Both the position numbers and the translations under genes were made by a program. The notes beneath the pieces are model-generated. The model saw only the letters and a program-made list of their open reading frames with translations, was not told where the DNA came from and made no database searches. Source: Lentimicrobiaceae bacterium (lineage in GTDB: Bacteria; Bacteroidota; Bacteroidia; Bacteroidales; JALOCA01). From it: a stretch of DNA of 64,000 bases. The DNA lies in assembly GCA_023227965.1 (NCBI GenBank), contig JALOCA010000016.1, positions 511 to 64,510 on the forward strand. Direction: 5' to 3'. Positions 27,174-36,090 of this stretch are shown piece after piece; position 1 is the stretch's first letter, and every line of letters begins with the position of its first letter.

Positions 27174-29339
27174 TTACTCTATATTTATTCCTAAATTATA
27201 AAACACAAACGACCAGATGTCGGTAGCTTCGTCAATAACTTTTGAAGTAGGTTTTCCGGCGCCGTGCCCTGCCTTGGTTTCTATACGTATAAGCGTGGGA
27301 TTTTTCCCGGAATTCATTTCCTGAAGTGTTGCTGCAAATTTAAATGAATGTGCAGGAACCACGCGGTCGTCGTGGTCGGCAGTAGTAATAAGAGTGGCGG
27401 GATAATCAATCCCCTTCTTTATGTTATGAAGAGGAGAATACTTCAGTAGGTAATAGAACTGTTCCTGATTGTCGCTACTTCCATAATCGCTTACCCAAGC
27501 CCATCCAATTGTAAACTTATGATAGCGAAGCATATCCATTACCCCCACTGCAGGCAACGCCACCTTAAACAAATCAGGACGCTGTGTCATACATGCGCCC
27601 ACAAGTAATCCTCCGTTTGAACCCCCGTTAATGGCAAGTTTTTCGGGCGAAGTATATCCTTGTTTAATAAGATATTCTGCCGCTGCAATAAAATCGTCAA
27701 AAACATTCTGTTTTTTCAATTTGGTACCGGCTTCGTGCCAATCCTCGCCATATTCACCACCACCGCGGATGTTTGGCAATGCAAATACGCCTCCATTTTC
27801 AAGAAATATCAACCTGCTTATACTAAATGAAGGTGTTTCGCTTATGTTAAAACCGCCATAACCATACAGCAAAGCAGGGTCGTTGCCATTCAGCTCCAAT
27901 CCTTTTTTGTGAACAATGAACATGGGAATTTTGGTTCCGTCCATGCTGGAATAAAATTCCTGTTTTACATCGTATTTTGAAACATCAAAATCAAGCTTTG
28001 GTTTATAAAACATTGATGTTTGCATGGTTTCAAAATCGAATGTGTAGATGGTAGTAGGAAAAGTAAAGGATGTAAATCCATAAAAAGCAATGTTTTCTCC
28101 CTTTTTCCCATTAAAACCTGTAAGCGAACCAAGTGTTGGAAACTGTAGTTCTTTTAACTTTTTCCCTTCCAGCGTATAAATATAGGCTCTGCTTGTAGCA
28201 TCCTTCATGTATTGTGCAATCATGATTTTACTTGCCAGAACAATCCCTGTAAGTACATCATTCGTTTCCGGAATAATAGTTTGCCACTGTTCAGGGGCAG
28301 AATTTTTCGGATCAATCAGCATTAATTTATATTTTGGTGCCTGGTGGTTCGTAAGTAACAATAATTTGTCGCCAACATTATCCACAATGATATTTTCATA
28401 ATCAAAGCCCTGAATTAACGGTTTGAATTCATTGTCTTTTTTTACAAGGTCTTTATAATACAAAGCCGTTCCATAAGTGGATTCTGTTTCAGAAAGAATC
28501 AGGAAACGACCATCTTCGGTTGCATTCACACCATAGTTGCGAAGAGGGAATTTCTTGTTTTGATATACCAGAATATCCGCTTTTTGCGGAGTTCCAACTG
28601 TATGATAATATACCTTTTGATTCTCGTTTTTATTGGTTAGTTCTGTCCCTTTATCAGGCTTATCATAACGGCTGTAATAGAAACCGTTTCCCCGCCATGA
28701 AATAGGAGAAAATTTCACCCAGAGTACTTCATCTTTTAATTTTTTGCCATCAGCAACCTCTAATATATATATTTCATTCCAATCACTTCCGGCACGTGCT
28801 ATAGAATAGGCAAGGTATTTGGCATCGTTTGACACGGAAATATCAGATAAAGCAACCGTTCCGTCTTTCGACAGCAGATTGGGGTTGAGTAGTTCGCGTG
28901 GGGTACCATGTACACCTTCCTGCACATATAATATACTTTGATTCTGCATGCCGTCGTTCTTAGAAAAGAACACATATTTCCCTTCTTTAAACGGAACAGT
29001 GTATTTAGGATAGTTCCAAAGTTGTGTCAGACGTTTCCGGATTTGTTCACGATAGGGTATTTGCGATAAATATTCTTGAGTAATGGTATTTTCGACTTTT
29101 ACCCATTCGGCGGTTTCGGCAGAAGTATCATTTTCCAGCCAGCGATAAGGATCTGCTACTTTTGTTCCGAAATAATCATCCACCTGATTACTTTTTTGCG
29201 TTTTAGGATAATTTAAATTTCCATTTTGTGCCGAATTTCCCTCGGCAGCAGCAGATGCATTTTCTAATTCTCCAACTTGCGAATACCCTGTATTCATAAT
29301 AATTAATGCAAAAATTAATAAATAATATTTTTTTTTCAT
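27174..29339 (-). CDS. Prolyl oligopeptidase (S9A family)
   Basis: 721 aa with a signal peptide. N-terminal DDYFGTKVADPYRWLEND, a beta-propeller, and a catalytic domain with GGSNGGLL (nucleophile Ser), D and H (TKAGHG). Confidence 0.92.
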   Translation of the reverse strand: MKKKYYLLIFALIIMNTGYSQVGELENASAAAEGNSAQNGNLNYPKTQKSNQVDDYFGTKVADPYRWLENDTSAETAEWVKVENTITQEYLSQIPYREQIRKRLTQLWNYPKYTVPFKEGKYVFFSKNDGMQNQSILYVQEGVHGTPRELLNPNLLSKDGTVALSDISVSNDAKYLAYSIARAGSDWNEIYILEVADGKKLKDEVLWVKFSPISWRGNGFYYSRYDKPDKGTELTNKNENQKVYYHTVGTPQKADILVYQNKKFPLRNYGVNATEDGRFLILSETESTYGTALYYKDLVKKDNEFKPLIQGFDYENIIVDNVGDKLLLLTNHQAPKYKLMLIDPKNSAPEQWQTIIPETNDVLTGIVLASKIMIAQYMKDATSRAYIYTLEGKKLKELQFPTLGSLTGFNGKKGENIAFYGFTSFTFPTTIYTFDFETMQTSMFYKPKLDFDVSKYDVKQEFYSSMDGTKIPMFIVHKKGLELNGNDPALLYGYGGFNISETPSFSISRLIFLENGGVFALPNIRGGGEYGEDWHEAGTKLKKQNVFDDFIAAAEYLIKQGYTSPEKLAINGGSNGGLLVGACMTQRPDLFKVALPAVGVMDMLRYHKFTIGWAWVSDYGSSDNQEQFYYLLKYSPLHNIKKGIDYPATLITTADHDDRVVPAHSFKFAATLQEMNSGKNPTLIRIETKAGHGAGKPTSKVIDEATDIWSFVFYNLGINIE

Positions 29340-29375
29340 TGCGTTATATATTTTATAATAGTAACTGTTTTCAGT

Positions 29376-29387
29376 TGTAAATTTACA
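29376..29387. promoter_or_regulatory. Perfect 12-bp palindrome TGTAAATTTACA (second copy)
   Basis: Lies 26 nt upstream of ATG 29414 and is identical to 8438..8449. Confidence 0.35.
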
Positions 29388-29413
29388 CCAATTTTTTACA
29401 ACCCGATATCTTT

Positions 29414-30313
29414 ATGAAAAAATTAATTAAATCTGTTACAAGATACACACAAACACTACTAACGGAAAACAGTGTTTCCGAATCACTTGAGCCCGTTATC
29501 AGAAAAAATATTCACACAGCTTATTATCCGTCAGGAAACGTTCGGCTTCAGATAATTTTTAATGAAAGGGAAGAGGAAGAATCACGCTTTGAATATATTT
29601 ACGATCTCAATAATTTACTTATCGAAGAAATTACTCACGATGAAACAGGTTCTGTTATTGAAAAAAAATGTTTCGAAAGGGACGGGAACGGTAAAATTTG
29701 TTTTGAAAAAAAGTTTTACCAGGAAGGAGAACCCGATATTATAACTTACTGCTACGACGAAACCGGAAGTTTAATATCACGGGAAACCCGTGACGAAGAA
29801 GATGATTTGCTTGAAAAAGAAGTTTTTGAATATGAAAACGGGAAATTGGTTCTGGAAAAAAAATACAACGAAAAAGAAAAACCTATACTTGAAAAAACAA
29901 TAACTAGTAATGAAAATGAAAGGATTGTCGAACTGAATTTTAAGTCTCCTGAAGAAAATTACCGGCTTATAACATCTTACAACGAAAAAGGAAACCAGGA
30001 AAAAATCTGCAAATATGACAACACTGGGCGATTAGTTGAAAGAACGTTATATTTTGAGGACGATAACGGAAGAGTAATCGAAATGGAAGAGGAAACGGCT
30101 TATCTGAAAAATACAACACGGTTTTCCTATGATGGCTTTGGAAACGTTATTATGGAAGAAGAAATAAATAAAAACGGTTTGCTAACACAACGTGTGGAAA
30201 GAGAATATGATGAAATGGGAAATATTGTAACATCTCATGTTTTTATTGACGGACATGGGGTTTCTGCAAACCGGCAATACACTTACCGTTTTGTTTACGA
30301 GTTTTACGATTAA
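29414..30313 (+). CDS. Hypothetical Glu/Lys-rich repeat protein with YD (RHS)-like or MORN-variant-like beta-hairpin repeats and no signal peptide
   Basis: 299 aa. Recurrent Y-[DEN]-x-x-G-x-[LIV] cores: YDETGSL, YENGKL, YNEKGNQ, YDNTGRL, DDNGRV, YDGFGNV, YDEMGNI. Confidence 0.5.
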   Translation: MKKLIKSVTRYTQTLLTENSVSESLEPVIRKNIHTAYYPSGNVRLQIIFNEREEEESRFEYIYDLNNLLIEEITHDETGSVIEKKCFERDGNGKICFEKKFYQEGEPDIITYCYDETGSLISRETRDEEDDLLEKEVFEYENGKLVLEKKYNEKEKPILEKTITSNENERIVELNFKSPEENYRLITSYNEKGNQEKICKYDNTGRLVERTLYFEDDNGRVIEMEEETAYLKNTTRFSYDGFGNVIMEEEINKNGLLTQRVEREYDEMGNIVTSHVFIDGHGVSANRQYTYRFVYEFYD

Positions 30314-30501
30314 AAAGTAAGTGCTTCTTTTCCGGAATATTTCCCTATCAGTAATACTATCGGCAATATCGTATGTCTTTCTGGGAAACGTTTCCTATCA
30401 GCATAGACAAAGACGAAGCAAAAAGAAAGATAATATTTGTCTCATTTTCAACACTTAAAACTTTCATATTCCCCTTTTGCCCGGATGAGTTACAAAAGTA
30501 A

Positions 30502-30678
30502 TTAATTTTCTTTTTGCGGGTTTTTAGCTTCACGATACCTCCCGGCATCCTTCAATGCTTTGGCGATAATCCATTCTATCTGTCCGTTGGCACTCCGGAA
30601 CTCATCGGCAGCCCATTTTTCGACGGCTTCCATCACTTCCGGGTCTATACGAAGGACAAACGGTTTCTTTTTTGCCAT
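30502..30678 (-). CDS. Arc-like ribbon-helix-helix DNA-binding protein (58 aa, not in the ORF track)
   Basis: Hand translation: MAKKKPFVLRIDPEVMEAVEKWAADEFRSANGQIEWIIAKALKDAGRYREAKNPQKEN. It has the beta-strand/helix/helix pattern of Arc/MetJ/CopG proteins. Its ATG lies one nucleotide past the SPFH stop codon. Confidence 0.65.
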   Translation of the reverse strand: MAKKKPFVLRIDPEVMEAVEKWAADEFRSANGQIEWIIAKALKDAGRYREAKNPQKEN

Positions 30679-30679
30679 T

Positions 30680-31549
30680 TTAATGATGTAAAGTACCAGC
30701 GTTTACTACCGGGCTGGCATCTTTGTCAGAGCAAAGAACAACCATCAGGTTACATACCATAGCAGCTTTTTTGTCGTCGTCCAGTTCGATAATTCCCTTG
30801 CTGGAAAGTTGATCCAAAGCCATTTCCACCATGCTTACTGCACCTTCCACAATTTTTGTCCTTGCAGCCACAATAGCTGTAGCCTGTTGCCGGCGAAGCA
30901 TTGCTCCGGCAATTTCAGAGGCATAAGCTAAATAGCTGATACGGGCTTCTATCACTTTTATCCCGGCTATGCTCAGTCTTTCAGATAGCTCATGTTCCAG
31001 TACATGATTTACCTCTTCGCCACCCGAACGTAAAGTAATTTCTGCCTGGGCATCGTCAAAATTATCATACGGATAATGGCCTGCCAGCTTACGTGTAGCT
31101 GCTTCGCTCTGGATATCTACAAATTGCTCAAAGCTATTCACTTCAAAAGCCGCCTTAAAAGTATTTTCTACTTTCCACACCATCACAATGCCAATCATGA
31201 TGGGATTTCCAACCTTGTCGTTAACTTTCAGAGGTTTCACGTCAAGATTGCGTGCACGGAGCGAAACCTTTTTCTTTACAAAAAAAGGATTTACCCAAAA
31301 AAAACCGTTGTCGCGTACCGTACCTTTGTATTTTCCAAAAAGGATCAATACGCTCGATTCGTTAGGGTTTACAATCAGAAAACCGGCACTGCAGAAAGCG
31401 CCGATAACAATAATAACTGTTGCTGCCACCATTATTCCCGTATGTTGGTTTAAGGTGATGAAAGCAACAAACGGCAGACCAAACGACAGAATAATAGCTA
31501 TTAATCCGGTATAGCCTGATAAAGGATAATACAATTTTTCGTTTTCCAT
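30680..31549 (-). CDS. SPFH/band-7 domain membrane protein
   Basis: 289 aa. Two N-terminal TM helices followed by an SPFH-like core (VLILFGKYKGTV...FWVNPF...LDVKPLKVNDKVGNPI...). Confidence 0.8.
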   Translation of the reverse strand: MENEKLYYPLSGYTGLIAIILSFGLPFVAFITLNQHTGIMVAATVIIVIGAFCSAGFLIVNPNESSVLILFGKYKGTVRDNGFFWVNPFFVKKKVSLRARNLDVKPLKVNDKVGNPIMIGIVMVWKVENTFKAAFEVNSFEQFVDIQSEAATRKLAGHYPYDNFDDAQAEITLRSGGEEVNHVLEHELSERLSIAGIKVIEARISYLAYASEIAGAMLRRQQATAIVAARTKIVEGAVSMVEMALDQLSSKGIIELDDDKKAAMVCNLMVVLCSDKDASPVVNAGTLHH

Positions 31550-31657
31550 GATATTAATTTGATATTAGTTTAATTCTGCAATGCTACTAAATTTTTTAAT
31601 TGCTACTACAAAATGCAAAAAATTTTTCTCACGATTCTTGGTATTCCATTTTAATCG

Positions 31658-31665
31658 TATATTTG
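31658..31665 (+). promoter_or_regulatory. -7 promoter box TATATTTG for the ferredoxin gene
   Basis: Matches TAnnTTTG, 27 nt upstream of ATG 31693. Confidence 0.45.
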
Positions 31666-31692
31666 CAACACGAAACATAAAAACAATTTACC

Positions 31693-31860
31693 ATGGCTTA
31701 CAAAATCAGCGAAGACTGTACAGCTTGCGGCACTTGCATAGACGAATGCCCTGTGGACGCTATCAGCGAAGGTGATATCTACAAAATTGATCCGGACGTG
31801 TGCACCGATTGTGGTTCGTGTGCCGATGTTTGCCCCATAGAAGCAATTCATCCCGAATAA
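31693..31860 (+). CDS. 2x[4Fe-4S] ferredoxin (55 aa, not in the ORF track)
   Basis: Hand translation: MAYKISEDCTACGTCIDECPVDAISEGDIYKIDPDVCTDCGSCADVCPIEAIHPE. Two CxxCxxCxxxCP motifs. Confidence 0.88.
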   Translation: MAYKISEDCTACGTCIDECPVDAISEGDIYKIDPDVCTDCGSCADVCPIEAIHPE

Positions 31861-31883
31861 AGCTGACAAATCTTACGATAATG

Positions 31884-31915
31884 AAAAGTCCCTGTGTTTT
31901 TCGCAGGGACTTTTT
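31884..31915 (+). terminator. Rho-independent terminator after the ferredoxin gene
   Basis: AAAAGTCCCTG-tgtttttcg-CAGGGACTTTT followed by T residues. Confidence 0.75.
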
Positions 31916-31974
31916 ATTTAACAAACTTTCTTTTTGTTTTTTTGTTCTTAATCTTACAATCGTTATAATCTCAT

Positions 31975-31982
31975 TACTTTTG
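31975..31982 (+). promoter_or_regulatory. -7 promoter box TACTTTTG for sucA
   Basis: Matches TAnnTTTG, 27 nt upstream of ATG 32010. Confidence 0.45.
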
Positions 31983-32009
31983 TTTTAATATTAAACTGTC
32001 TGATTCTGC

Positions 32010-34793
32010 ATGGATAAACTGTCCTATTTGAGCAATACCGACGACAAAATTATTGAAGAACTTTATAGTCAGTATATTGCAAATCCGAATTTTTTAGATG
32101 CCGGATGGAAGGCTTTTTTTGAAGGTTTTGAATTCCGTAAAAAAGATTTTACTCCTTCTGCTTTTCTTTCTATCCCCGACGAGTTCAAAGTAATTAACCT
32201 GATAAATGGCTACCGCGAACGCGGTCATTTGTTTACCAAAACCAACCCGGTACGTACCCGTCGCAAACATACCCCGACTTTAAACCTGGAAAACTTTGGG
32301 CTGAAGGAAGCCGACCTCAACCGTACCTTTGAAGCTGGTAACGAAATCGGAATCGGAAGAAACAGTTTACGAAACATTGTCAGCTATTTACAGAATACTT
32401 ACTGCCACTCTGTTGGAGTAGAATTTGCCTTCATCCGCAACAAGGAAATCGAGCGCTGGCTAAAAGAAAAGATGGAACCGGTAAAAAATGCTCCTTCTTT
32501 TACGGTAGAAGAAAAAATACATATCCTTGAAAAGCTGACAGAAGCCGTCTTTTTTGAAAAATTTTTGCACAAAAGATTCCAGGGGCAGAAACGCTTTTCG
32601 CTGGAAGGCGTGGAAGCTCTCATTCCGGCGCTGGATGCGGTAGTGGAAAAGGGAGCAACGCTTGGTGTTCAGGAATTTGTCATCGGGATGCCACACCGCG
32701 GTCGGCTGAATGTCCTTGCTAACATTTTGAAAAAGAAATACAAGGATATTTTCCTTGAGTTTGAAGGAAAAGAATATGAAGATCAAACCCTGATGGGAGA
32801 CGTAAAATACCATCTGGGCTATTCCAATAACCGCTTTACCCGCGACGGAAAGCCTGTCCATCTTACACTTTCGCCAAACCCATCTCATCTGGAAGCTGTT
32901 AACCCGGTAGTGGAAGGCATCGTTCGCGCCAGGCTCGACGGCGAATACAATGGAAATACCGATGCAATAGTTCCCATCCTCATTCACGGAGATGCTTCGG
33001 TTGCAGGTCAGGGTATCATTTACGAACTGCTTCAGATGTCGGAACTGGAAGGCTATCGCACTGGCGGAACCATACACTTGGTAGCCAATAATCAGATTGG
33101 TTTCACAACCAACTACCTCGATGCCCGCTCAAGTGTTTATTGCACCGACATTGCCAAAATCATCCAATCGCCTATTTTTCATGTAAATGCCGACGATGTG
33201 GAGGAAGTGGTTTATACGGTGCAGCTTGCTATGGAGTACAGGCAACGTTTTCATAAAGACGTGTTTATTGATTTGCTCGGTTATCGTAAATACGGTCATA
33301 ACGAAGGTGATGAGCCCCGTTACACCCAGCCAGTTTTATATAAAATCATTGAAAAACACCCAAATCCGCAGGAAATTTATGCTCGCAAACTGACGGAAGA
33401 AAACAGCCTGAATACAGCAGAAATCAAATCCATTGAAAATACCTTTAACGAAAAGCTGGAAAACTGTCTTGCCCAATCTCTTCTTTCGGAAAAAACCAAA
33501 GCCTATGCTTTTTTTGAAAAAGACTGGGAAGGAATACAAAAAGCGGAAGAAACGGATTTTGACCGTTCGCCGGATACTTCTGTTTCTTACGAAACGCTTA
33601 AAATCTTAACCGAACACATCACTTTGCTGCCCGAAGACAAACAGTTTTACCGTAAGATAATGAAGTTGCAGGAAGAACGCCGACAGATGGTTTTCGAAAA
33701 AAATGCACTCGACTGGGCAATGGGTGAGTTGCTTGCTTACGCAACTCTGCTCAACGAAGGATTCCCGGTACGGCTTAGCGGGCAAGATTCCCGGCGAGGC
33801 ACTTTCTCGCACCGGCATTCGACTCTTACCGTCGAAGATTCAGAAGAACAGTATTCCCCATTGAATCATATCGGCGAAAGTCAGGCTCCTTTTTCCGTTT
33901 ACAACTCCCTGCTTTCGGAGTATGGAGTGCTTGGTTTTGAATATGGATATGCCCTGGCTACCCCTAATGCGCTTACCATCTGGGAGGCACAGTTTGGTGA
34001 TTTTTCCAATGGAGCGCAAATCATTATTGACCAATACATCAGCAGTGCCGAAGAAAAATGGAAGGTGATGAACGGATTGGTAATGCTGCTGCCTCACGGC
34101 TACGAAGGCCAGGGTCCCGAACATTCCAGCGCCCGTCTGGAACGTTTTCTTACCCTCTGTGCCGACAACAACATGCAGGTTGCCAACTGTACCACTCCTG
34201 CTAATTTCTTCCACCTGCTTCGTCGGCAGCTTCACCGGAATTTCCGTAAACCGCTGGCAGTGTTTACACCCAAAAGTCTGCTACGGCATCCGCTTTGCGT
34301 TTCCCCGCTGGAGGGTTTTACTTCGGGTAGCTTCAGCGAAGTACTCGACGATGCTTTTGCCGACCCGCTGAAAGTGAAAAAGGTTCTTCTCTGCACAGGA
34401 AAGATTTTTTACGAACTACTGGAAGAAAAGCAGAAACTGAATGCAGAAGAAGTTGCCATTGTTCGCATTGAACAGTTATACCCTTTCCCTGCTTTGCAAA
34501 TTGAAGAGATTTTAAAAAAATACAGGCAAACAAGCCAGTGCCTTTGGGTACAGGAAGAACCTGCAAACATGGGCGCATGGACTTTCGTTTCGCGAAATTT
34601 TAGACTTGCGGATATTATGTTGGTTGCACGTCCCGAAAGCGGGAGTCCTGCCACCGGTTCGTCCAAACTGCATACACTGCGGCAAAGGAAAATCGTGGAA
34701 AAAGCATTCGGCGAGTGCATTTGCGATCAAAGCGAAGAGTACTGCAAAATGACCTGCGCACTTAAAGAATGGCATTATGTGAAAAGTACTTAA
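32010..34793 (+). CDS. sucA: 2-oxoglutarate dehydrogenase E1 component
   Basis: 927 aa. Typical OGDH E1 N-terminus and ThDP-binding core (HGDASVAGQG..., GYEGQGPEHSSARLERFL). Confidence 0.95.
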   Translation: MDKLSYLSNTDDKIIEELYSQYIANPNFLDAGWKAFFEGFEFRKKDFTPSAFLSIPDEFKVINLINGYRERGHLFTKTNPVRTRRKHTPTLNLENFGLKEADLNRTFEAGNEIGIGRNSLRNIVSYLQNTYCHSVGVEFAFIRNKEIERWLKEKMEPVKNAPSFTVEEKIHILEKLTEAVFFEKFLHKRFQGQKRFSLEGVEALIPALDAVVEKGATLGVQEFVIGMPHRGRLNVLANILKKKYKDIFLEFEGKEYEDQTLMGDVKYHLGYSNNRFTRDGKPVHLTLSPNPSHLEAVNPVVEGIVRARLDGEYNGNTDAIVPILIHGDASVAGQGIIYELLQMSELEGYRTGGTIHLVANNQIGFTTNYLDARSSVYCTDIAKIIQSPIFHVNADDVEEVVYTVQLAMEYRQRFHKDVFIDLLGYRKYGHNEGDEPRYTQPVLYKIIEKHPNPQEIYARKLTEENSLNTAEIKSIENTFNEKLENCLAQSLLSEKTKAYAFFEKDWEGIQKAEETDFDRSPDTSVSYETLKILTEHITLLPEDKQFYRKIMKLQEERRQMVFEKNALDWAMGELLAYATLLNEGFPVRLSGQDSRRGTFSHRHSTLTVEDSEEQYSPLNHIGESQAPFSVYNSLLSEYGVLGFEYGYALATPNALTIWEAQFGDFSNGAQIIIDQYISSAEEKWKVMNGLVMLLPHGYEGQGPEHSSARLERFLTLCADNNMQVANCTTPANFFHLLRRQLHRNFRKPLAVFTPKSLLRHPLCVSPLEGFTSGSFSEVLDDAFADPLKVKKVLLCTGKIFYELLEEKQKLNAEEVAIVRIEQLYPFPALQIEEILKKYRQTSQCLWVQEEPANMGAWTFVSRNFRLADIMLVARPESGSPATGSSKLHTLRQRKIVEKAFGECICDQSEEYCKMTCALKEWHYVKST

Positions 34794-34878
34794 AGTGAGC
34801 TAAAGTTTAGAGTACATAGAGTTGAACAAATTGAAATTTTGACATTCTATGCACTGATTAATTTAAAACGAGTTTGTT

Positions 34879-36090
34879 ATGATATTAGAAATTATAGTTC
34901 CCAGCCCGGGCGAATCCATCTCACAGGTACAATTAGTTACCTGGCTGGTAAAGGAGGGTGAAACGGTAGAAAAAGATCAGGAACTGGCAGAGATAGATTC
35001 CGACAAAGCCACTTTTACCGTAAACGCCTCCGAAGCCGGTAAAATTCATCACCTTGTAGCAGAAGGCGACATAATTCCCGTTGCAACAGTTATTTGCACG
35101 TTGGACACTGAAGCTGTTGAGCAAATGATAGTTAATAAAGAAGAAATTCCGCCGGCTGCTCCTGCTCAACCCGCAAAATCTGCCCCTGTGCATATTTCGC
35201 CTCTGGCAAAAAAAATGATGGAAGAAAACCGGCTTACCGAAAATGAAGTGATGGAAAATTTCCGCATCGGGAAAAAGGAAGTGCAGCAGTCATTGGAAAT
35301 CCGATCTGTGGAAAAGGAACAACCTTCTCCGACTTCTTTGAACAAAGAATTGCAAAGAAGGGATAGCGAACGCAAAAAGATGAGCATGCTCAGGCAAAAG
35401 CTTTCGCAAAGGCTGGTTGCCGTGAAAAACGAAACTGCCATGCTCACCACTTTCAACGAGGTAAACATGAGCCGGGTACTCTCACTCAAAAATCGTTACA
35501 GCGATAAGTTTAAAGAAAAATATGGCATTTCCCTCGGATTGATGTCGTTTTTTACCAAAGCCGCAACCTTAGCTCTCGAAGCCTACCCGCAGGTAAACTC
35601 CATGATAGACGGCAACGAACTGATAACTTACAAATATGCCGATGTTTGTATCGCGGTAAGCACTCCCAAAGGACTGATGGCTCCGGTTATACGCAATGCC
35701 GAAAGCCTCAGTTTGGCAGAAATGGAAATTAAAATCAAAGAATTAGCCACCAAAGCGCGTGATGGCAAAATTACCCTCGAAGAACTTACCGGGGGCACCT
35801 TTACCATCACCAACGGCGGGGTGTTCGGCTCGTTATTTTCCACGCCTATCATCAATCCGCCTCAAAGTGCCATCCTCGGAATGCACAACATCGTAGAACG
35901 ACCCATTGCCATAAACGGGAAAGTGGAAATTGCACCAATGATGTATGTCGCCCTTTCGTACGACCACCGTGTTATTGATGGCCGAGAATCGGTTAGTTTT
36001 CTGATAAAAGTAAAAGAACTGGTGGAAGATCCGCTTAAAATGCTCTTCCCTGGCGGCGACCCGGAAAAAGTATTGCTTAATCTTCTCTAA
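34879..36090 (+). CDS. sucB: Dihydrolipoyllysine-residue succinyltransferase (OGDH E2)
   Basis: 403 aa. Lipoyl domain ([11 protein letters not shown]), a peripheral subunit-binding region and a catalytic domain with DHRVIDG. Confidence 0.93.
   Translation: MILEIIVPSPGESISQVQLVTWLVKEGETVEKDQELAEIDSDKATFTVNASEAGKIHHLVAEGDIIPVATVICTLDTEAVEQMIVNKEEIPPAAPAQPAKSAPVHISPLAKKMMEENRLTENEVMENFRIGKKEVQQSLEIRSVEKEQPSPTSLNKELQRRDSERKKMSMLRQKLSQRLVAVKNETAMLTTFNEVNMSRVLSLKNRYSDKFKEKYGISLGLMSFFTKAATLALEAYPQVNSMIDGNELITYKYADVCIAVSTPKGLMAPVIRNAESLSLAEMEIKIKELATKARDGKITLEELTGGTFTITNGGVFGSLFSTPIINPPQSAILGMHNIVERPIAINGKVEIAPMMYVALSYDHRVIDGRESVSFLIKVKELVEDPLKMLFPGGDPEKVLLNLL

Noticed and set aside
30357-30762. Track ORFs 30357..30548 (-) and 30514..30762 (+)
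   Set aside because: Both are displaced by the better-supported 58-aa Arc-like ORF (30502..30678), which has a clear RHH pattern and tight coupling to the SPFH gene.
26758-31549. Possible genomic island integrated at the tmRNA 3' end (and similarly at tRNA-Arg 20677..20748)
   Set aside because: No integrase, recombinase or phage gene follows either RNA gene. I could not see a direct repeat of the tmRNA/tRNA 3' end downstream. The neighbours are ordinary genes: prolyl oligopeptidase and metG.
31581-31988. Track ORFs 31581..31775 (+), 31651..31869 (-), 31800..31988 (+)
   Set aside because: They are out-of-frame or antisense readings of the 55-aa ferredoxin gene and its terminator. The ferredoxin frame has two complete CxxCxxCxxxCP motifs.
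32460-33077. 205-aa ORF antisense to sucA (similar cases: 13727..14266 and 14757..15233 in mfd, 58866..59354 in xdhB, 37176..37481 in uvrD)
   Set aside because: These lie wholly inside strongly supported conserved genes on the other strand. Their composition is unremarkable with no recognisable motifs. They look like shadow ORFs, expected by chance over 64 kb.
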